The position numbers were made by a program, and so were the translations under genes. This document shows positions 61,368 through 64,000 of a stretch of 64,000 nucleotides of DNA, piece after piece. Origin of the DNA: Phoronis australis (taxonomy: Eukaryota > Animalia > Phoronida); contig NMRA01000794.1 of the NCBI GenBank assembly GCA_002633005.1, positions 1 through 64,000 of the forward strand, written 5' to 3'. Each line of letters starts with the position of its first letter. The stretch's first letter is position 1. The notes below the pieces were generated by a model that was given only the letters and a program-made list of their open reading frames with translations, was not told where the DNA came from and did no database searches.

Positions 61368-62468
61368 CACCAATGTTCTCCCAACCCAGTCAGTTTCATA
61401 ATCAAACCCGATGTAAAGAGTACATGTATGTCAACACAACGGTAGTAAATAAACCAAAAGACATACGCGTGGAATGCAAATCGCTTAAAGTGATAATCTA
61501 CATTTACTGCACCAAACATGTTAATAGACAAACTGACGCTGTTTTCTAAATCTGTCGAATTCGGATAACTGAATTCGCGTATTCGACGATTATTATATTT
61601 ATTTATTGTTTCTCGAGATGTGTTACCTTTGGTGGTGACATTGAATGAAGCTGAGAACCCCTCGAATTGGCTTGCACTGTCAGATGTAAATGATATTTCA
61701 ATCGATCCCGAGTCGACAGTTTTGGAAAACGGGACATCTTCTTGTCCGCATAACCTGCAGAGAAGAATGCACCTACATGTACACATGTGATGTCATTGAA
61801 GAGATGAAGTCCTCATTTACTAAGATGCAGTGATGAGATATGTGGATACGTAATCATAAAATCTTACTAAGTCCTATTTAGAAAATACATTTACATGTAC
61901 ATGTACATCTTATGTGTCCTGGAATATTTACATTTTGGCTTTCCGTACTAAGTGTAAGATTCGTAGTACACAAGCACAAGTCTTGAACACAGAAAAAGGC
62001 GAAAACCTTTACAGAAGCTTTTCTGTTATTGTATTTAGTTTTACATTTCAAAATTCTTGAATTTCAAATGCTTATTACGTATTAAGCTTTCCCTTAACTG
62101 AGTTCAGGCTAGTACATTGTAGCTTGTAAAAAACTTCGAATAACATACATGTAACTACAGAAACGATATTTTAAAAATATCTGTTGGCAATAACAGAATA
62201 TTATTCGTAGTTCAATAATGGTAATTGTGACTACGATTGTTGTGCACTTACTTGTACTTTTGTTGGCCATTTCTCAAGATTTTCACCACGTCGTAATTGC
62301 ATGAGTAAGAATGCTCCAGATGAAATTTGCTTTCGAATACGACGACAAGCTTGTGGTAGGCTGGTACAGTAAACTTCCATGAAATCGACGTGTCTGGAGG
62401 ATAATTTGACGGAAAATTTGGCGACGAAAATCTGCCGCTTGATTGATTTCCAAATGTAACTTCTGTGG
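59224..62468 (-). CDS. gene A (5'-incomplete): CUB-domain protein, two canonical CUB domains plus a Ser-rich linker
   Basis: Exons 62468-62252 (SGRFSSPNFPSNYPPD..HLEHSYSCNYDVVKI), 61754-61627 (LCG..ISFTSDSASQFEGFSASF), 60476-60242 (CSS..MLSPNYPSDYPSNKLCMWTF..VEGLKCKYDYLEV), 59560-59409 (LCD..LAFVTDNSLGYPGFKLHF). A tentative last exon 59333-59224 ends in TAA. Confidence 0.85.
61333..61365. repeat. (CA)n microsatellite
   Basis: Direct reading of the sequence. Confidence 0.9.
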
Positions 62469-64000
62469 CTGAAACGATATGAAAAACACTCACTGTGGTG
62501 ATGTATTTCAGACTGTGAATAGAACGCATTGTAGGGCTATCCGTTGTCTCAAACTCAGTAATTTACTGTACACGTATGTGTGTACGGTGCCTGTCTCGTT
62601 AGCCATAGTAAACACCAAGCCAATACTAACGGTGTGTGTGGTTTACTCATTTGCGATCTACCAAATGGTTACTAAGTTGCCGCATTCCAGGTACTCTGCG
62701 ACAATCGTACTCAGCGGTTGCACTTCCTTGTACAATATGGCTCTCGGAGGTGCTAGAAAGCAGCCGACATAAATAACTTCGGCCTATTTTGTCGTCCAAT
62801 ACTTCCAGCTGCCTACATTTCTCAGGCCTCTAGCGTTGCTCGGGTATTTTCGATCAAGCTCGTCGATTGAGTCATCATGTCTCAATACTATGCATCAACA
62901 AGCTATTTTTCATTGGATCTGTGATACATGTAGCGATGCCACAGTCACACTTCGAACGCGTCATATCGGAAGAAAACAGAGAAAATATGGATATTGATGG
63001 GAGCAGCGTCGGTCTGGTGTCGATGTCAAAATCTCTAATTGCTGCACCGTCAAGAAAAGAATCACGTCTCGGTGGACCGACTTCAAAACCATGGGGTCCT
63101 GTAGATTAGCAAGTCATTGTAATGTGCATTTTGTCTGCCGATTTCAATTAGCTTTCTGACGTCTACGGCCACTACACGACGCATCGCAATCCTCGAACGA
63201 TCCTTTGCTGAACGTTGTAGCGCTAGTTACCTACAGTGTATACCTATTTTTGTCGATGGAGGAGCATCAGTAATTCATCTTTGAAACATGATGGATCTGT
63301 CCTATCTGGCGGGAGAAGCCGAACATCTTCGATATGTTATTTTTAAATATTACACAGTAAGACACAATGCCAATACTAATCCGATGTACATGTACCGGGA
63401 CACAAAAAAACGGAGACAAAGCGTGAATACTTTGGCCTGCCAATGGCCAATGTTGAAACAAATATCAGGCGATGGCTGGAGCAGCGTTGAATTTGGATTC
63501 CATGTAAATGGCGTTTTTAACGTTGAAAATATGATGACATGACATTTTAAGGGAGTAAATTTAACGTGAACATCGTGCAAAAATGTCCAAGTGTCATATT
63601 TTGAATAAAGTTGCAAATTCACTTGCTTAAAAACATGACCCCGTTTAATGTGTCGGTTCGATAAGAAGGCTGAAACCCTATGGTGTAAGAGGTACAGTAG
63701 GCGAATCAGTTGATTGAAGAGTGGTCGGTGCTTCAGGGGATGGGACCGCCCTCTGTGAGTCTCTTTTGCAAATTGTTATTATCACTCCTCCGCTTTGTTT
63801 CTTTTCAAAACCCCTTGAATATGGTGCTTTAAAGCCCGTGCCACACCTTCACCTAAAACCGTCTACAGATTCTTTGCCTGAGCATTTGGTTATGCAAAAT
63901 CGCTCAAAACTGTCGCTGTCTTCCTTTCCACGCGTCATCTACAACTGTTTGAAATACCTGAGGGATTTTTTGAGGAGTTGAACATTCTCCACGTCTAAGT

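Noticed and set aside
13737-63400. Recurrent TACATGTACATGTA motifs
   Set aside because: Dispersed simple-repeat motif with no consistent position relative to exons.

Overview
Intron-rich, AT-rich, repeat-rich animal (probably marine invertebrate) genomic DNA; nothing prokaryotic is evident. All exon calls are manual (GT-AG plus frame continuity), not database-checked. Main content: (1) a 13-exon minus-strand gene B (55209->31788, ~821 aa): signal peptide, five divergent CUB domains each with an extra CxC/linker cysteine pair, then a Thr/Ser mucin stretch. It stops just before what looks like a decayed ZP module. (2) The 3' part of an upstream tandem paralog, gene A (62468->~59224), with two canonical CUB domains, also truncated, followed by a Gypsy relic and a ZP-C-like remnant. 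(3) A small secreted-protein gene C (26179->20454) with a degraded IL-17/cystine-knot-like terminal exon. (4) A decayed two-gene PIF/Harbinger transposon (11135-18854) with nested insertions. (5) A THAP-domain remnant split by an insertion, Penelope-type hammerhead-like motifs, a MITE family with 5-bp target duplications, 44-bp and 17-bp satellites, two long hairpins and two probable assembly/haplotype duplications at single-N gaps.
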